Virus record (IMG/VR): IMGVR_UViG_3300017751_000024
Coordinates: 1-52,776 of that record
Reading direction: 5' to 3' (one strand)
From: a virus
Taxonomy: Duplodnaviria; Caudoviricetes
Length of the DNA: 52,776 nucleotides
Part shown: positions 1 to 8,949 of the stretch, piece after piece
Layout: each line of letters starts with the position of its first letter
Position numbering within the stretch: position 1 is the first letter of the stretch
Position numbers and translations under genes: made by a program
The notes under the pieces: generated by a model
Databases searched by the model: none
What the model saw: the letters and a program-made list of their open reading frames with translations, nothing else
What the model was told of the DNA's origin: nothing

Positions 1-123
1 CTCTTTTTCTTTTCCATCTTTCTTACCACATCGCATAGCATACTTCATTATATTACCAATACAAAAACCTTCACCGTGTCCAGCATCAATAATCATATCT
101 GTTGCTTGATACTTACCTTTGCC
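1..123. repeat. Terminal direct repeat, copy 1 (circular assembly overlap)
   Basis: 1-123 is identical to 52654-52776, and a gene reads in frame across the join. Confidence 0.97.
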
Positions 124-201
124 GTAATGCTGGTCATAAGTGTTTCCGATATAAGCCTTTACTTCATTTAAGATTTTATCTTCATTAAACTTATAATTCA
201 T
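1..201 (-). CDS. DUF3310-like protein, 5' part (87 aa in total; continues 52653 to 52591 across the circular join)
   Basis: Not in ORF track. ATG at 201 overlaps the upstream TAA. Translates MNYKFNEDKILNEVKAYIGNTYDQHYGKGKYQATDMIIDAGHGEGFCIGNIMKYAMRCGKKDG; the HY...GN..KY..R.GKK pattern is typical of DUF3310. Confidence 0.8.
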   Translation of the reverse strand, partial: MNYKFNEDKILNEVKAYIGNTYDQHYGKGKYQATDMIIDAGHGEGFCIGNIMKYAMRCGKKDGKEKE

Positions 202-542
202 TAGAACTTTATTCCTGTATTAACTCCCAGGCCTGAAGGTGTTTCTGCTTTATCTTCTAATAACAAAGTGTGGTTTATATCTTCTAAACCATATCCTTTC
301 TTTATTAGATTTTTAATTTGTTTTTCTACCCACTTAAGAGTCCAGACTGATAAGTGTAAAGTATTCTGATGAAAGTAATGAGTTTGCTTTGGTATCATTG
401 TCATCATATCTTTCTTTACCTCACTATCAACAACAGGCTTCATAGTGTTTCTTTCTTCTTCAGATAAACATTCAAATCTTATCCAGTCATATAACACTTG
501 ATAACTTTTCTTTCTTATAGCTTTAGATTTTTTTGCATTCAT
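201..542 (-). CDS. Hypothetical protein
   Basis: 113-aa ORF, translationally coupled on both sides within the replication arm. Confidence 0.7.
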   Translation of the reverse strand: MNAKKSKAIRKKSYQVLYDWIRFECLSEEERNTMKPVVDSEVKKDMMTMIPKQTHYFHQNTLHLSVWTLKWVEKQIKNLIKKGYGLEDINHTLLLEDKAETPSGLGVNTGIKF

Positions 543-1348
543 ATAGTTGTTGAGTCGTAATTTTTAACTAACTTCCAATAGGTTAATAAACTGTTAAACA
601 TCTCCACATGTTTTATGTGTGATTCATCATCCCAAATATAGCCTAAAGCTAAGTCTGTTTTTTCTCTGTCAACAAATACAGATACACGTTTAGGAGTATC
701 AAAGCCACACCCCTGTGCATAGGCTGATAACTGCATACCATGTTCATCATAAACTAATTTAGCTGGGTCTTTACCTTCTAGGCCATCTTTAGTTTTAAAG
801 TCCACAAATATACCTGACTTAGAATATAAATCTATCTTACCTCCGTACCCTAATTTTGAGCAAAAAGAATCCTCGGCAATCCATTCCTCTCCTGGAAAGT
901 AATCGTCTAAGATTTTCTTTACGGCACGATACGATTCATTGTCTGTCTTACCTTCAAATCCTTTTTCAATAAGGGCATGTATCTTAGTACCCAAGGATGC
1001 TGCCGTTTGTCCTATATCTCTTTGAGCAGTCTTACACCTGTAAATAAATTCTTCGTTTGATTCTTCCTCGCCTTGTTGTAATTCAATGGAAGCCTCAAGA
1101 GCTTTATTTACTTTCCAGTTTTCTAATGAAGGTTTAGCTACAATGTTAAGAACTGTAGTCACAGAAGGTACTAGCCCTTCTTTCTTGGCATCTCTTAATG
1201 TTGTGTTTCTTTCTTTACCGTTTGCACCAATGATGGTGTAAGCTGGAGACCCTTCCCTATCATACCAATGTCCAGCTTCCGATGTGAACTTATTATTATA
1301 CACCTGACTTTGCGATTTATCGATAGGCTCTTCAGTTTTTGTCGTCAT
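539..1348 (-). CDS. PD-(D/E)XK exonuclease-like protein
   Basis: PSVTTVL, GTKIH, GKIDL, VDFKT and QLSAYA motifs of the RecB/Cas4-like PD-(D/E)XK family. Confidence 0.75.
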   Translation of the reverse strand: MTTKTEEPIDKSQSQVYNNKFTSEAGHWYDREGSPAYTIIGANGKERNTTLRDAKKEGLVPSVTTVLNIVAKPSLENWKVNKALEASIELQQGEEESNEEFIYRCKTAQRDIGQTAASLGTKIHALIEKGFEGKTDNESYRAVKKILDDYFPGEEWIAEDSFCSKLGYGGKIDLYSKSGIFVDFKTKDGLEGKDPAKLVYDEHGMQLSAYAQGCGFDTPKRVSVFVDREKTDLALGYIWDDESHIKHVEMFNSLLTYWKLVKNYDSTTI

Positions 1349-1769
1349 TTTTTTGTCCTTTGTCTAGCTCTTCTTTAAATGCTTTGATAACATCACTAGA
1401 GAAAAGCTTTTGTAAGTTTACAAGATACATTCTACTAGCGTTATGGTCGCCTCCTGATACCGTCTTGAATGTGTCTAATTGATTTACTATTAATCTTAAC
1501 ATCTCAGTATCAAAAACAATAGTACAAAATTCTTTGTCTCCTACACATAGATTATGAAACCAATAGTCTGATTCCGTTGCTCTTATACCAGATGGCTTGC
1601 TCCAGGATTCGTATTCAATACAAATGTTTCCTGTCTCCATCCATCTACCACGTTCAGATTTAACTTCTATCTTTTTGTTTTCTAACATGTCCCTGATTTT
1701 ATCTTCTCGTATCTCTCCATACCTTAAGTCCAGGTCAAATTTCTTTTGGTCTTTCTTAGTGGGTTTCAC
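1332..1769 (-). CDS. Putative PD-(D/E)XK endonuclease-like protein
   Basis: IEVKSE motif followed by TGNICIEY...SGI..T.SDYW, a common phage nuclease-like pattern. Confidence 0.55.
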   Translation of the reverse strand: MKPTKKDQKKFDLDLRYGEIREDKIRDMLENKKIEVKSERGRWMETGNICIEYESWSKPSGIRATESDYWFHNLCVGDKEFCTIVFDTEMLRLIVNQLDTFKTVSGGDHNASRMYLVNLQKLFSSDVIKAFKEELDKGQKNDDKN

Positions 1770-3504
1770 TCCAGTTTCCTCCTACTTTATACTCAGCATC
1801 TAGAGGACACCTCATATCATAGTATTCAGCAGTTTCTCTTATTGCTCTTATTCCCATCTCTCCTACAAAGTCTGCTGTTTTCTCTGTAGTTTCTATCTGC
1901 CATTCATCGTGTACGTTGGCTACAATTTTATAATCTATTGTGTTTAGTTTTAATAAATCAACTAACTTTACTAAAGCTCTTTTCATTACTACTGCTCCAC
2001 CACATTGTAGTAGTGTATTTAAAGCAGCATGTTTATGTCTAAGTCTTATCTTCCTACCGTCTAAACCTTTCAAGAATCCTTTTCTTGTTGCTGATTCAAC
2101 TCTGTTCTTAAGATTGTTAAATGATGGGAGACTATTGAGAAAAGACTCTCGCATTCTCTTGCCTTCTTTTCTATTTCCTCCAATGATTTTGCCAATCTTT
2201 TCGTCTCCTGCTCCGTAAATGAGGGCATAGATGAAAGTTTTTGCCTGGTCTCTTGATTCAAGTCCTGCAAGGTTTTGGTTAGCTGTGTGAATGTCTCCAT
2301 GTAATATTTCATTTATATACTCCGTGTCTGCCATATAGTGTGCTAATAATCTAAGCTCTAACTGACTCGCATCTATACCTACAAGCCTGTTGCCTTCTTC
2401 AACCGTCCAACATTGACGACACTCTTTGCCGTATACATTATGTATGCTAGGAACTTGAGCCATGTTGGGGTTGTTGTGTGTCATTCTACCTGTGATAGCA
2501 CCATTACTTATTACAAAGCCATGCACCCTGCCGTCATCTTCAACAGCATCTATCCATGATTGTATTTGTGCTACCCTCTTTTGTAATAATAAAAACTCTG
2601 CAATTAAGTTGGCCTCATGTATGTGGTCAATCCTTTTTAGTGTACCTTCATCTACAATAGGTTGTCCAGTAGGTGTAAATCTTTCAGGCTTCCATCCAAA
2701 GTCAATTAAGTATTCTCCTATCTGCTTTCTACTACCTAAGTTAAACTCTACTAATTGTTTTCTAATAAACTTATAATCTTTTGGCATGGGTACATTTGAA
2801 AACTTTTCTAATAAACCATTGTACTCATGTTCACTAAGCCCTTGCTTTGATAACGTTCCGTCTTTCTTTAAACGTGGTTCAACTTCTTTTATATCAACCC
2901 ATTTAGGTTTAAATGTTTCGTGGACTTCATCCTCAACCTCCTTACGTCTCTCAACTAATGTGCTTAGTAAAGCCATAGCCACATACATATCAAACTTGAA
3001 ACCGTCTTTTCGTTGTTGGTTTATAATTTTAAAAACAGAATGCTCTAGGTTTACACACTCCTGGGAGAAACCTTTGACATGTTGTTGTAAGTGTTGATAA
3101 AGTTTCTTATTAAGTTCTACATCTAGAACACAATAGTCCAGCATTTCTTTACTGTAGATAGTGAAGTCTTCAGGGGGTGTTCCTTTGTTCTGTCCTAAAA
3201 TAAACCCCCAGTTTTTTAAGCTGTGTCCTTTCTCTTTGTTGGGATTTATTAATCTAGATATAACAAGAGTATCGACAATATGTTTACTGTGAAGGTCAAC
3301 ACCGTATAGTTTTTTTATTACTGGAATATCAAAGCCTAATATGTTGTGGCCTATTAAGGTGTCAGCCTTTTGAAGATAGTCGATACCGTCTTGTATCTGC
3401 TCAGGGTCAAATGTCTTAACGTTGTTCTCTTCATCTATTGCTACAATACACCATATCTTATTTGCCTCAAGGCCATCAGTCTCAATATCAAAGACTAACT
3501 TCAC
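1756..3504 (-). CDS. Family A DNA polymerase (T7-like, with 3'-5' exonuclease; Tyr at the position equivalent to E. coli 762)
   Basis: ExoI FDIETDG, ExoII GHNILGFD, motif A DASQLELR, motif B RDQAKTFIYALIYGAG, motif C VHDE. Confidence 0.96.
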   Translation of the reverse strand: MKLVFDIETDGLEANKIWCIVAIDEENNVKTFDPEQIQDGIDYLQKADTLIGHNILGFDIPVIKKLYGVDLHSKHIVDTLVISRLINPNKEKGHSLKNWGFILGQNKGTPPEDFTIYSKEMLDYCVLDVELNKKLYQHLQQHVKGFSQECVNLEHSVFKIINQQRKDGFKFDMYVAMALLSTLVERRKEVEDEVHETFKPKWVDIKEVEPRLKKDGTLSKQGLSEHEYNGLLEKFSNVPMPKDYKFIRKQLVEFNLGSRKQIGEYLIDFGWKPERFTPTGQPIVDEGTLKRIDHIHEANLIAEFLLLQKRVAQIQSWIDAVEDDGRVHGFVISNGAITGRMTHNNPNMAQVPSIHNVYGKECRQCWTVEEGNRLVGIDASQLELRLLAHYMADTEYINEILHGDIHTANQNLAGLESRDQAKTFIYALIYGAGDEKIGKIIGGNRKEGKRMRESFLNSLPSFNNLKNRVESATRKGFLKGLDGRKIRLRHKHAALNTLLQCGGAVVMKRALVKLVDLLKLNTIDYKIVANVHDEWQIETTEKTADFVGEMGIRAIRETAEYYDMRCPLDAEYKVGGNWSETH

Positions 3505-5159
3505 AATAGCAATTCCTGGTCATCTGGTTCGAGGTCTGATAAATCCTGTTCGGATAGTCTACCTGTATCAACATCATAGATAAGATTTGTAGCTAGGCCT
3601 ACGTCTCCTGTATATCTTGACTTAAGTATTCTTAGCTTAGTTGTCCTAGATACTAACTCGTCATCACTTTGTTGGTTTCTTTCTAAAGCAATAACACAAT
3701 CAGATAGCTGTGCAATACTGTTAGAACCTCTCAAGTGTGATAGAGAAACTTCTATACCATTCTCATGTCCTTTGTTGCCGTCTACTCTTCTAAGGTGACT
3801 GACTAAAATAATACCAGCTCCTGTCTCTTCAACCATGCTTCTAAGCCTGGTCATAATATTATCAATAGCTCTCCTCTCATCCCCTTCTCCAATAGCTGAT
3901 ACCAGCATGTGAAGATGGTCTACTACAACCCACTTACAATCACATCCAATTATTAAGTATCTTAGTTTTGAAAAAATACTCTCAATATCATTAGTGCCAA
4001 AGTGAGCATGGACAAATACCCTATCTCCGTCAAAGGTTCTATCATACATATCCTCCAATGTTTTCCTGTCAAACTTATCTCTTTCCTGGTCTATGTATAT
4101 CCTGGCATTTGCTTCTATGGATAACACACCGTCAACTGTTCTTCTCCAATCCTCTTCAAGAGCTATGATGCCTACGTTATCTGCTGTCTCATTGATAAGC
4201 CAATGCTCAAGTTCCCTAGTGACACTTGATTTACCTAGGCCTGTACCACCTGTAAGTGTTAGTAGCTCCCCTTGTCGCAAGCCATATAGTTTTTTGTTTA
4301 GTCCTTCCCATGGATAAGCAACACATTCTTTCTTTTCTCTTTGAAAGAACTGGTCTTTCTTTTCAGATACTCTGATAATACCAGAGGGTGTAAAGACTTG
4401 TGCATCCCACCATGCTCTAACAAAATGTTCAAACTTCTTCTGCTTGAGCATATCGTTAGCATCTTTAAAACCATTTGGTAAAGTCATTATCTTTGCCTTA
4501 CCTGGCTTAAGTATAGATGCCACTTCTTTAGATGCTTTTATTCCTGGAGCATCACCATCAAAACAAATAACAATATGGTCAAAGCTTTCTACATATTCTA
4601 AGTTTTCTTTTATATCTTTGACTGCTGATGAAGCCCCTCTTTTAATTGATACTGAAGCCCACTTAGAACCCATGAGTTCAAAGGCCGACATAGCATCTAC
4701 CTCACCTTCAGTAATGGTAAGGAACTTACCTCCTTCCTTAAATAAATGCTGTCCAAATAATCCTGTTCCTTGTATCTGTCCCTGGCATAAAAACTTTTTG
4801 TCCCTGGTATACCTTATCTTGTTAGCTGTAAGCTCATGTTTAATATAGTAAGGATATACATGCTGTGCTATATCTCCCTGGCTATCATAGACAACCTTAA
4901 CACCATACTTCTTAGCTGTCTCAGAGCTTATGTTTCTATCTTTTAAGGATGCAAAAGAAGCCCCATGTACGTTTAACAAGGGAGCTGACTTAGGTTCTGG
5001 GGTATAGAATTCATCTTTATTCTCTTCAAACTTAGGGAAGAATTTGTCACAGCTAAAACACTTAGCTGAACCATCCTCGTTGACTGATACTGCATCTGAA
5101 CTATTACATGCTGGACATGGTAGATGATACTTTTTAAATTTACTTTTTTGTTCGTTCAT
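3501..5159 (-). CDS. T7 gp4-like primase-helicase
   Basis: Zn ribbon CPAC...CFSC, TOPRIM TEGEVD and FDGD, Walker A GGTGLGKS, VVDHL, LRGS. Start moved to ATG 5159, which follows an AGGAGA SD. Confidence 0.95.
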   Translation of the reverse strand: MNEQKSKFKKYHLPCPACNSSDAVSVNEDGSAKCFSCDKFFPKFEENKDEFYTPEPKSAPLLNVHGASFASLKDRNISSETAKKYGVKVVYDSQGDIAQHVYPYYIKHELTANKIRYTRDKKFLCQGQIQGTGLFGQHLFKEGGKFLTITEGEVDAMSAFELMGSKWASVSIKRGASSAVKDIKENLEYVESFDHIVICFDGDAPGIKASKEVASILKPGKAKIMTLPNGFKDANDMLKQKKFEHFVRAWWDAQVFTPSGIIRVSEKKDQFFQREKKECVAYPWEGLNKKLYGLRQGELLTLTGGTGLGKSSVTRELEHWLINETADNVGIIALEEDWRRTVDGVLSIEANARIYIDQERDKFDRKTLEDMYDRTFDGDRVFVHAHFGTNDIESIFSKLRYLIIGCDCKWVVVDHLHMLVSAIGEGDERRAIDNIMTRLRSMVEETGAGIILVSHLRRVDGNKGHENGIEVSLSHLRGSNSIAQLSDCVIALERNQQSDDELVSRTTKLRILKSRYTGDVGLATNLIYDVDTGRLSEQDLSDLEPDDQELLL

Positions 5160-5266
5160 TGGTTCTCCTAATAGGTGTTGAAGCAAGAGATGGAGAACAA
5201 ATATACACTACGATATAACTCACTCCAACACCATGCTACTTTTATGGAGTAGCCAACCATATTAAT

Positions 5267-5494
5267 TTACTCGTCCTCGGATGAATCTTCCATCAAAGAT
5301 TCAGGACATGCCTTGCAAATATCTTCAAGGTTTTTACGATGTACAACATTAGCTATCTGCAATGCTTCTCTTTGTATTTCAAGTGTAGATACTTTCCTTA
5401 CTAAGACTTCTGCTTGTACTCTGCTATCTTTGTTCTTAATAGCATTTGTATCGTACTCAGATACACCGTCTGTGGTTTCTATTTTAACTATCAT
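5267..5494 (-). CDS. Hypothetical protein
   Basis: 75-aa ORF coupled (TAATG) to ssb. Confidence 0.7.
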   Translation of the reverse strand: MIVKIETTDGVSEYDTNAIKNKDSRVQAEVLVRKVSTLEIQREALQIANVVHRKNLEDICKACPESLMEDSSEDE

Positions 5495-5931
5495 TAAAAC
5501 TCCTCGCCACCTTCTACTGAACCAAGCTCGTCACCATCACCACTTCTATAAGATACCAGGTCAAGAACCTGCATGGCTTGTAAGTCTAGCCCTTTAAAGT
5601 CTCCGTACTTATTGGTGGTTTCCCACTCTGCATATTGTACTTTGACTTCACTTCCATTACCTACTACTTCATCCATAGGTACTTTATCTTTATCAAAAAG
5701 CTTTGGAGCTTGTCTAGTTCTACCGTCTGCTCCTTCTACCTTTCTCTTGATAGTTATTGCTTTGCCTACCTGCTCATCGTTGATACTAAGTTCTTTAACT
5801 TTGAATCCACGTGCCTGGAAGTCATCAGCCGTTTTGTCATCTATCACCAAGTCTACTGTATAGACTGGGTCATACGTTGTGTTAGGGCTTGTCACAGAAG
5901 CCCAATAAGCTTTACCACTTACTACTGCCAT
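5494..5931 (-). CDS. ssb: Single-stranded DNA-binding protein (T7 gp2.5-like)
   Basis: Lies upstream of the primase; GNGS.V.V and QAMQVLDLV motifs; acidic tail ending in Phe (GGEEF); AAGGAG SD. Confidence 0.85.
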   Translation of the reverse strand: MAVVSGKAYWASVTSPNTTYDPVYTVDLVIDDKTADDFQARGFKVKELSINDEQVGKAITIKRKVEGADGRTRQAPKLFDKDKVPMDEVVGNGSEVKVQYAEWETTNKYGDFKGLDLQAMQVLDLVSYRSGDGDELGSVEGGEEF

Positions 5932-5973
5932 ATTATATTCTCCTTTGAATACTGTAGTTAGATTTAAACATAA

Positions 5974-6177
5974 CTATAAATTCAATGCAACTACTAAATC
6001 ATTGAATTTATTTTCGTCTTCTTCAAAGACAGAAACTTTAAAAGTATTTCGATGTGCTTCATCATCCTGCACAAACTCAACCATATAACTACTAAGACCA
6101 TGTTCTGTATTACAAAACTTTCTATACTGCTCGTAGCTCATCTCTTTTGTAATGAATGTGGCCTTGTCTTTACTCAT
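5974..6177 (-). CDS. Hypothetical protein
   Basis: 67-aa ORF overlapping the upstream stop (ATGA). Confidence 0.6.
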   Translation of the reverse strand: MSKDKATFITKEMSYEQYRKFCNTEHGLSSYMVEFVQDDEAHRNTFKVSVFEEDENKFNDLVVALNL

Positions 6178-6338
6178 GTTAACTTATGTAATAATTCTCT
6201 TATGGTTTTTAAATCATACCATCTACAATTAAACGTCATTGTTCCCATGTCACTATCAACTTGATAACAAGGCTCATCGTATGTGTTCTTAACTTTATAA
6301 ACAATGAACTCACCAACGCTTGTAATAAATAATCTCAT
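6174..6338 (-). CDS. Hypothetical protein (54 aa)
   Basis: Start revised to ATG 6338, coupled to the upstream TAA. Confidence 0.5.
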   Translation of the reverse strand: MRLFITSVGEFIVYKVKNTYDEPCYQVDSDMGTMTFNCRWYDLKTIRELLHKLT

Positions 6339-6529
6339 TAATATCCTTGTGTCATATGGACGTAGCAATTATCTTCTACGTCTTTGTAATAATCTTCACT
6401 TAGTTTACGGCCACATAAACATGTGTCGTCATCGTCAATAAAATTAGGGTTGGAGTCCAGGGCTTGTTCATTAGATGATGAACCTGCTAGTGTATAATTT
6501 AAATGACTTACACGTTTCTTTTTTGTCAT
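6338..6529 (-). CDS. Small hypothetical protein, possibly Zn-binding (CLCG...CYVH)
   Basis: AGGAGA SD; Cys/His pattern. Confidence 0.6.
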   Translation of the reverse strand: MTKKKRVSHLNYTLAGSSSNEQALDSNPNFIDDDDTCLCGRKLSEDYYKDVEDNCYVHMTQGY

Positions 6530-6546
6530 CCCTGTTCTCCTAAAAC

Positions 6547-7314
6547 TTATTCTACATTAATTCTGAAAGGTAGTCTACAGTTTCTACCTTCAGGGTCAAC
6601 TACAATAGCACTAGCTAGTAAATACTTTTCTAGTGCTTCAAACAATCTATTACCAGCATTGCCGTCAATGTCAGTAAAGAATATATTAGTTATGTCACCG
6701 TCAATAACATCATAATTTAATACAACAGTTGTTGTCTTTGTGAACTCTATTCTTCGTATGTACCTGTTAAGGTCTACACTTTTGTCCCTTTCTGGACATG
6801 TGAAGATTAGGGCTGGTTCTATAGGGGTTAAGATTTCCAGCCCCTCTACTTCTTCCTCTGCAAGTGTGCCTTGCTCTTCCTCTTCTACAAACGGCTCGTC
6901 CATTGGCTCATCAATATTAGCTGGCATGGGTAAGACCTCATGTCCTGTTAGTACACCGTAGCCACCAGTAGCTGATGACATCTCTTCTATATCCTCAGCC
7001 ATTGTCTCCTGGTTTCCTGCTACCTCATTAATACTTGCAACCAGCTCTGTAGTATTACTATCCATTTGTGACTTCAAAGTATTTATACCGTCACGGTAAA
7101 CAGCCATTAGCATTAAAAGTTTCTGTTGTTTATTGGTGGCCTCCGTTAATTGTTTTTGTACAGTATCATACTTTGCATTTAATTCATTTACTCTTTCGTC
7201 AAGCATCTTTCTATCTTGCTCTACAAGATTAAAAGATACTGTCAATCCAAAAGACAATCCAACTAATAGCAGTACCGCTATCATTGACATCACATATTGT
7301 TTAGCTATGCTCAT
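6547..7314 (-). CDS. Membrane-anchored coiled-coil protein with TonB/TolA-C-like C-terminal domain
   Basis: N-terminal hydrophobic helix, coiled coil, acidic/Pro linker, about 80-aa C-terminal alpha/beta domain ending ...CRLPFRINVE. The fold call is inferred. Confidence 0.55.
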   Translation of the reverse strand: MSIAKQYVMSMIAVLLLVGLSFGLTVSFNLVEQDRKMLDERVNELNAKYDTVQKQLTEATNKQQKLLMLMAVYRDGINTLKSQMDSNTTELVASINEVAGNQETMAEDIEEMSSATGGYGVLTGHEVLPMPANIDEPMDEPFVEEEEQGTLAEEEVEGLEILTPIEPALIFTCPERDKSVDLNRYIRRIEFTKTTTVVLNYDVIDGDITNIFFTDIDGNAGNRLFEALEKYLLASAIVVDPEGRNCRLPFRINVE

Positions 7315-7427
7315 TTCTTTCTCCTTTTACGTTTCATTTCGTCTACTATCATGGTGCTTTCCCAGGCAAACCAGCCTGCACCTATCAAAAATAATATTCC
7401 AAATATGTTATTTATTATCTCTTCCAT
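7311..7427 (-). CDS. Small membrane protein (38 aa)
   Basis: Not in track. MEEIINNIFGILFLIGAGWFAWESTMIVDEMKRKRRKK; its stop overlaps the next start. Confidence 0.55.
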   Translation of the reverse strand: MEEIINNIFGILFLIGAGWFAWESTMIVDEMKRKRRKK

Positions 7428-7665
7428 GTTCCACTTTTGTTATTTGAAAACCCCAACACCAATGCTTGTTGTCTAGTCCTAAAATACATTCTCTATTTCT
7501 TACAAAGTTCCAATGTAGACTACCCACATCATCTCCGTACTTTGTGCCTGGTTCAACTACGGTAATAGTCTCCACCTTTGCTTTCTTTGGTGGCTCATGT
7601 CCCCACCCCCCAGACCATAACACTATGTCCCCTGGGTATAAAAAATTCTTATCGTTAATAATCAT
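7408..7665 (-). CDS. Hypothetical protein
   Basis: 85-aa ORF with AAGGAG SD. Confidence 0.7.
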   Translation of the reverse strand: MIINDKNFLYPGDIVLWSGGWGHEPPKKAKVETITVVEPGTKYGDDVGSLHWNFVRNRECILGLDNKHWCWGFQITKVEHGRDNK

Positions 7666-7814
7666 ACGTTCTGCTCCTTCTCACATTGTGTTAGCCAGTC
7701 GTCAAAGTCGTTAGCTAATTCATTAGGCATATCGTTATTTAAAACAACTGGTTTAGGGTCATCACTCCATTCAACTAAAATAGTAGTTGATACTATTCTT
7801 CTTGTATTACTCAT
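7662..7814 (-). CDS. Hypothetical protein (50 aa)
   Basis: Not in track. MSNTRRIVSTTILVEWSDDPKP...; GAGGAG SD; ATGA coupling. Confidence 0.65.
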   Translation of the reverse strand: MSNTRRIVSTTILVEWSDDPKPVVLNNDMPNELANDFDDWLTQCEKEQNV

Positions 7815-7974
7815 CGTCTTGCTCCTCATCTGAGCTATAAACAGATAACTGTTCTACATAGCCACTATTTCTATATAACTGCTCCTCTATATAATCGTTA
7901 GCTTGTTCTTGTGATTCAGCAAATACATGAAAAGTTCCACTTACTTCAACTGTATATTCTTGTTCTTCAAACAT
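7807..7974 (-). CDS. Acidic hypothetical protein (55 aa)
   Basis: Not in track. MFEEQEYTVEVSGTFHVFAESQEQANDYIEEQL...; coupled to the upstream TAA; GAGGAG SD. Confidence 0.65.
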   Translation of the reverse strand: MFEEQEYTVEVSGTFHVFAESQEQANDYIEEQLYRNSGYVEQLSVYSSDEEQDDE

Positions 7975-8276
7975 TAGCTTTGCTCCTCTACTAAGTATCT
8001 AAAATGTGCTGGCATCTTTTCTTTTTGATAGTCCTTAGCCATTCTATCTAAGTCTTTAGAGGACATAGTATCTGCTGTTTTTTGTACAAGCCATTCAACT
8101 ACTAGCTGTAGTATTGGAAACTCTCCTTCATAATCCTCAACGTAGGACATGACATGCTCAATCAAATCATCTCTTAAGTCGTCTCGCATACCGTCTAGGC
8201 CAGGTATGTTTTGTAGGCTAAGTTGCACTAGGCCTAGTCTTTCTTCTAAAAATTGTGTGTGTCCTTCGTGGCTCAT
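7974..8276 (-). CDS. Hypothetical early protein
   Basis: 100-aa ORF, coupled. Confidence 0.7.
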   Translation of the reverse strand: MSHEGHTQFLEERLGLVQLSLQNIPGLDGMRDDLRDDLIEHVMSYVEDYEGEFPILQLVVEWLVQKTADTMSSKDLDRMAKDYQKEKMPAHFRYLVEEQS

Positions 8277-8527
8277 CCGTTGCCGTCCTGGTCTTCTGTC
8301 ACATTGTTATAGTTCATATCATAGAATTTTAATTCAATCGGCCACTTATAATCAGCATCAAGATGCTCTCCATCAACCTCATGTGTCGTGCCGTCTTTCA
8401 TTTCTATGTATAACGTTCCGTATTTACACCAATGATGCTCAATGTCATCGTAATTTATTTTAAGGTGGCTGATATCAATGTGATACGGTTGCATATACTC
8501 AGCTTCTGCGTACATTAATTTACTCAT
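8273..8527 (-). CDS. Hypothetical early protein
   Basis: 84-aa ORF, coupled. Confidence 0.7.
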   Translation of the reverse strand: MSKLMYAEAEYMQPYHIDISHLKINYDDIEHHWCKYGTLYIEMKDGTTHEVDGEHLDADYKWPIELKFYDMNYNNVTEDQDGNG

Positions 8528-8694
8528 TTGCCACCAGCCTTTCTTAAGACTTCATAGTCTTTTTGGCTGGCCTTACCGTCCAACATCTTGTCTAGTGCTT
8601 TGAGTTCTCTGAGTGAAAATGATTTAAGTCTATCTACGTTGACTGTCTGATGAAAGTCTGGAAGCGTAATTTCTTTTTTAAATTTATAGTCCAT
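8524..8694 (-). CDS. Hypothetical early protein (56 aa)
   Basis: Not in track. MDYKFKKEITLPDFHQTVNVDRLKSFSLRELKALDKMLDG...; AGGAGA SD directly after a sigma70 promoter. Confidence 0.7.
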   Translation of the reverse strand: MDYKFKKEITLPDFHQTVNVDRLKSFSLRELKALDKMLDGKASQKDYEVLRKAGGK

Positions 8695-8723
8695 ATTTTG
8701 TTTCTCCTATATAGTCTTAATAG

Positions 8724-8753
8724 AATATAGAACATATAACTTTATATTGTCAA
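8724..8753 (-). promoter_or_regulatory. Sigma70-type early promoter
   Basis: TTGACA-N18-TATATT about 30 nt before ATG 8694. Confidence 0.7.
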
Positions 8754-8905
8754 GTAGTTTTTATAAAATAATTATAAAGAAATATAAAGATATATATTTA
8801 TTCTATTAAGAATCTATGATACTATCTAGTCTATAAAGATTATATAGAGGCACATAGACTGATTCTGGGCAGTATTTAACTATTTCACATTGATATTCCA
8901 GACAC

Positions 8906-8929
8906 AAAAAAGCCCCAGTTAAGGGGCTT
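8906..8929 (-). terminator. Rho-independent terminator
   Basis: AAGCCCC-TTAACT-GGGGCTT followed by a T run on the minus strand, after the ORF ending at 8950. Confidence 0.8.
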
Positions 8930-8949
8930 CTAGTGATAGTGTTTACTTA

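Noticed and set aside
1-123. 123-bp terminal repeat as the biological terminal repeat
   Set aside because: It falls in the middle of a coding gene, as expected of an assembler overlap; the true ends more likely lie near 10.8-11.2 kb.
539-1348. Cas4/CRISPR-associated function
   Set aside because: No four-Cys Fe-S pattern and no CRISPR context; an ordinary phage PD-(D/E)XK nuclease.
8760-8900. AT-rich stretch with TATAAAGA repeats as replication origin
   Set aside because: Plausible, but low-complexity matches are expected in AT-rich DNA and nothing else supports it.
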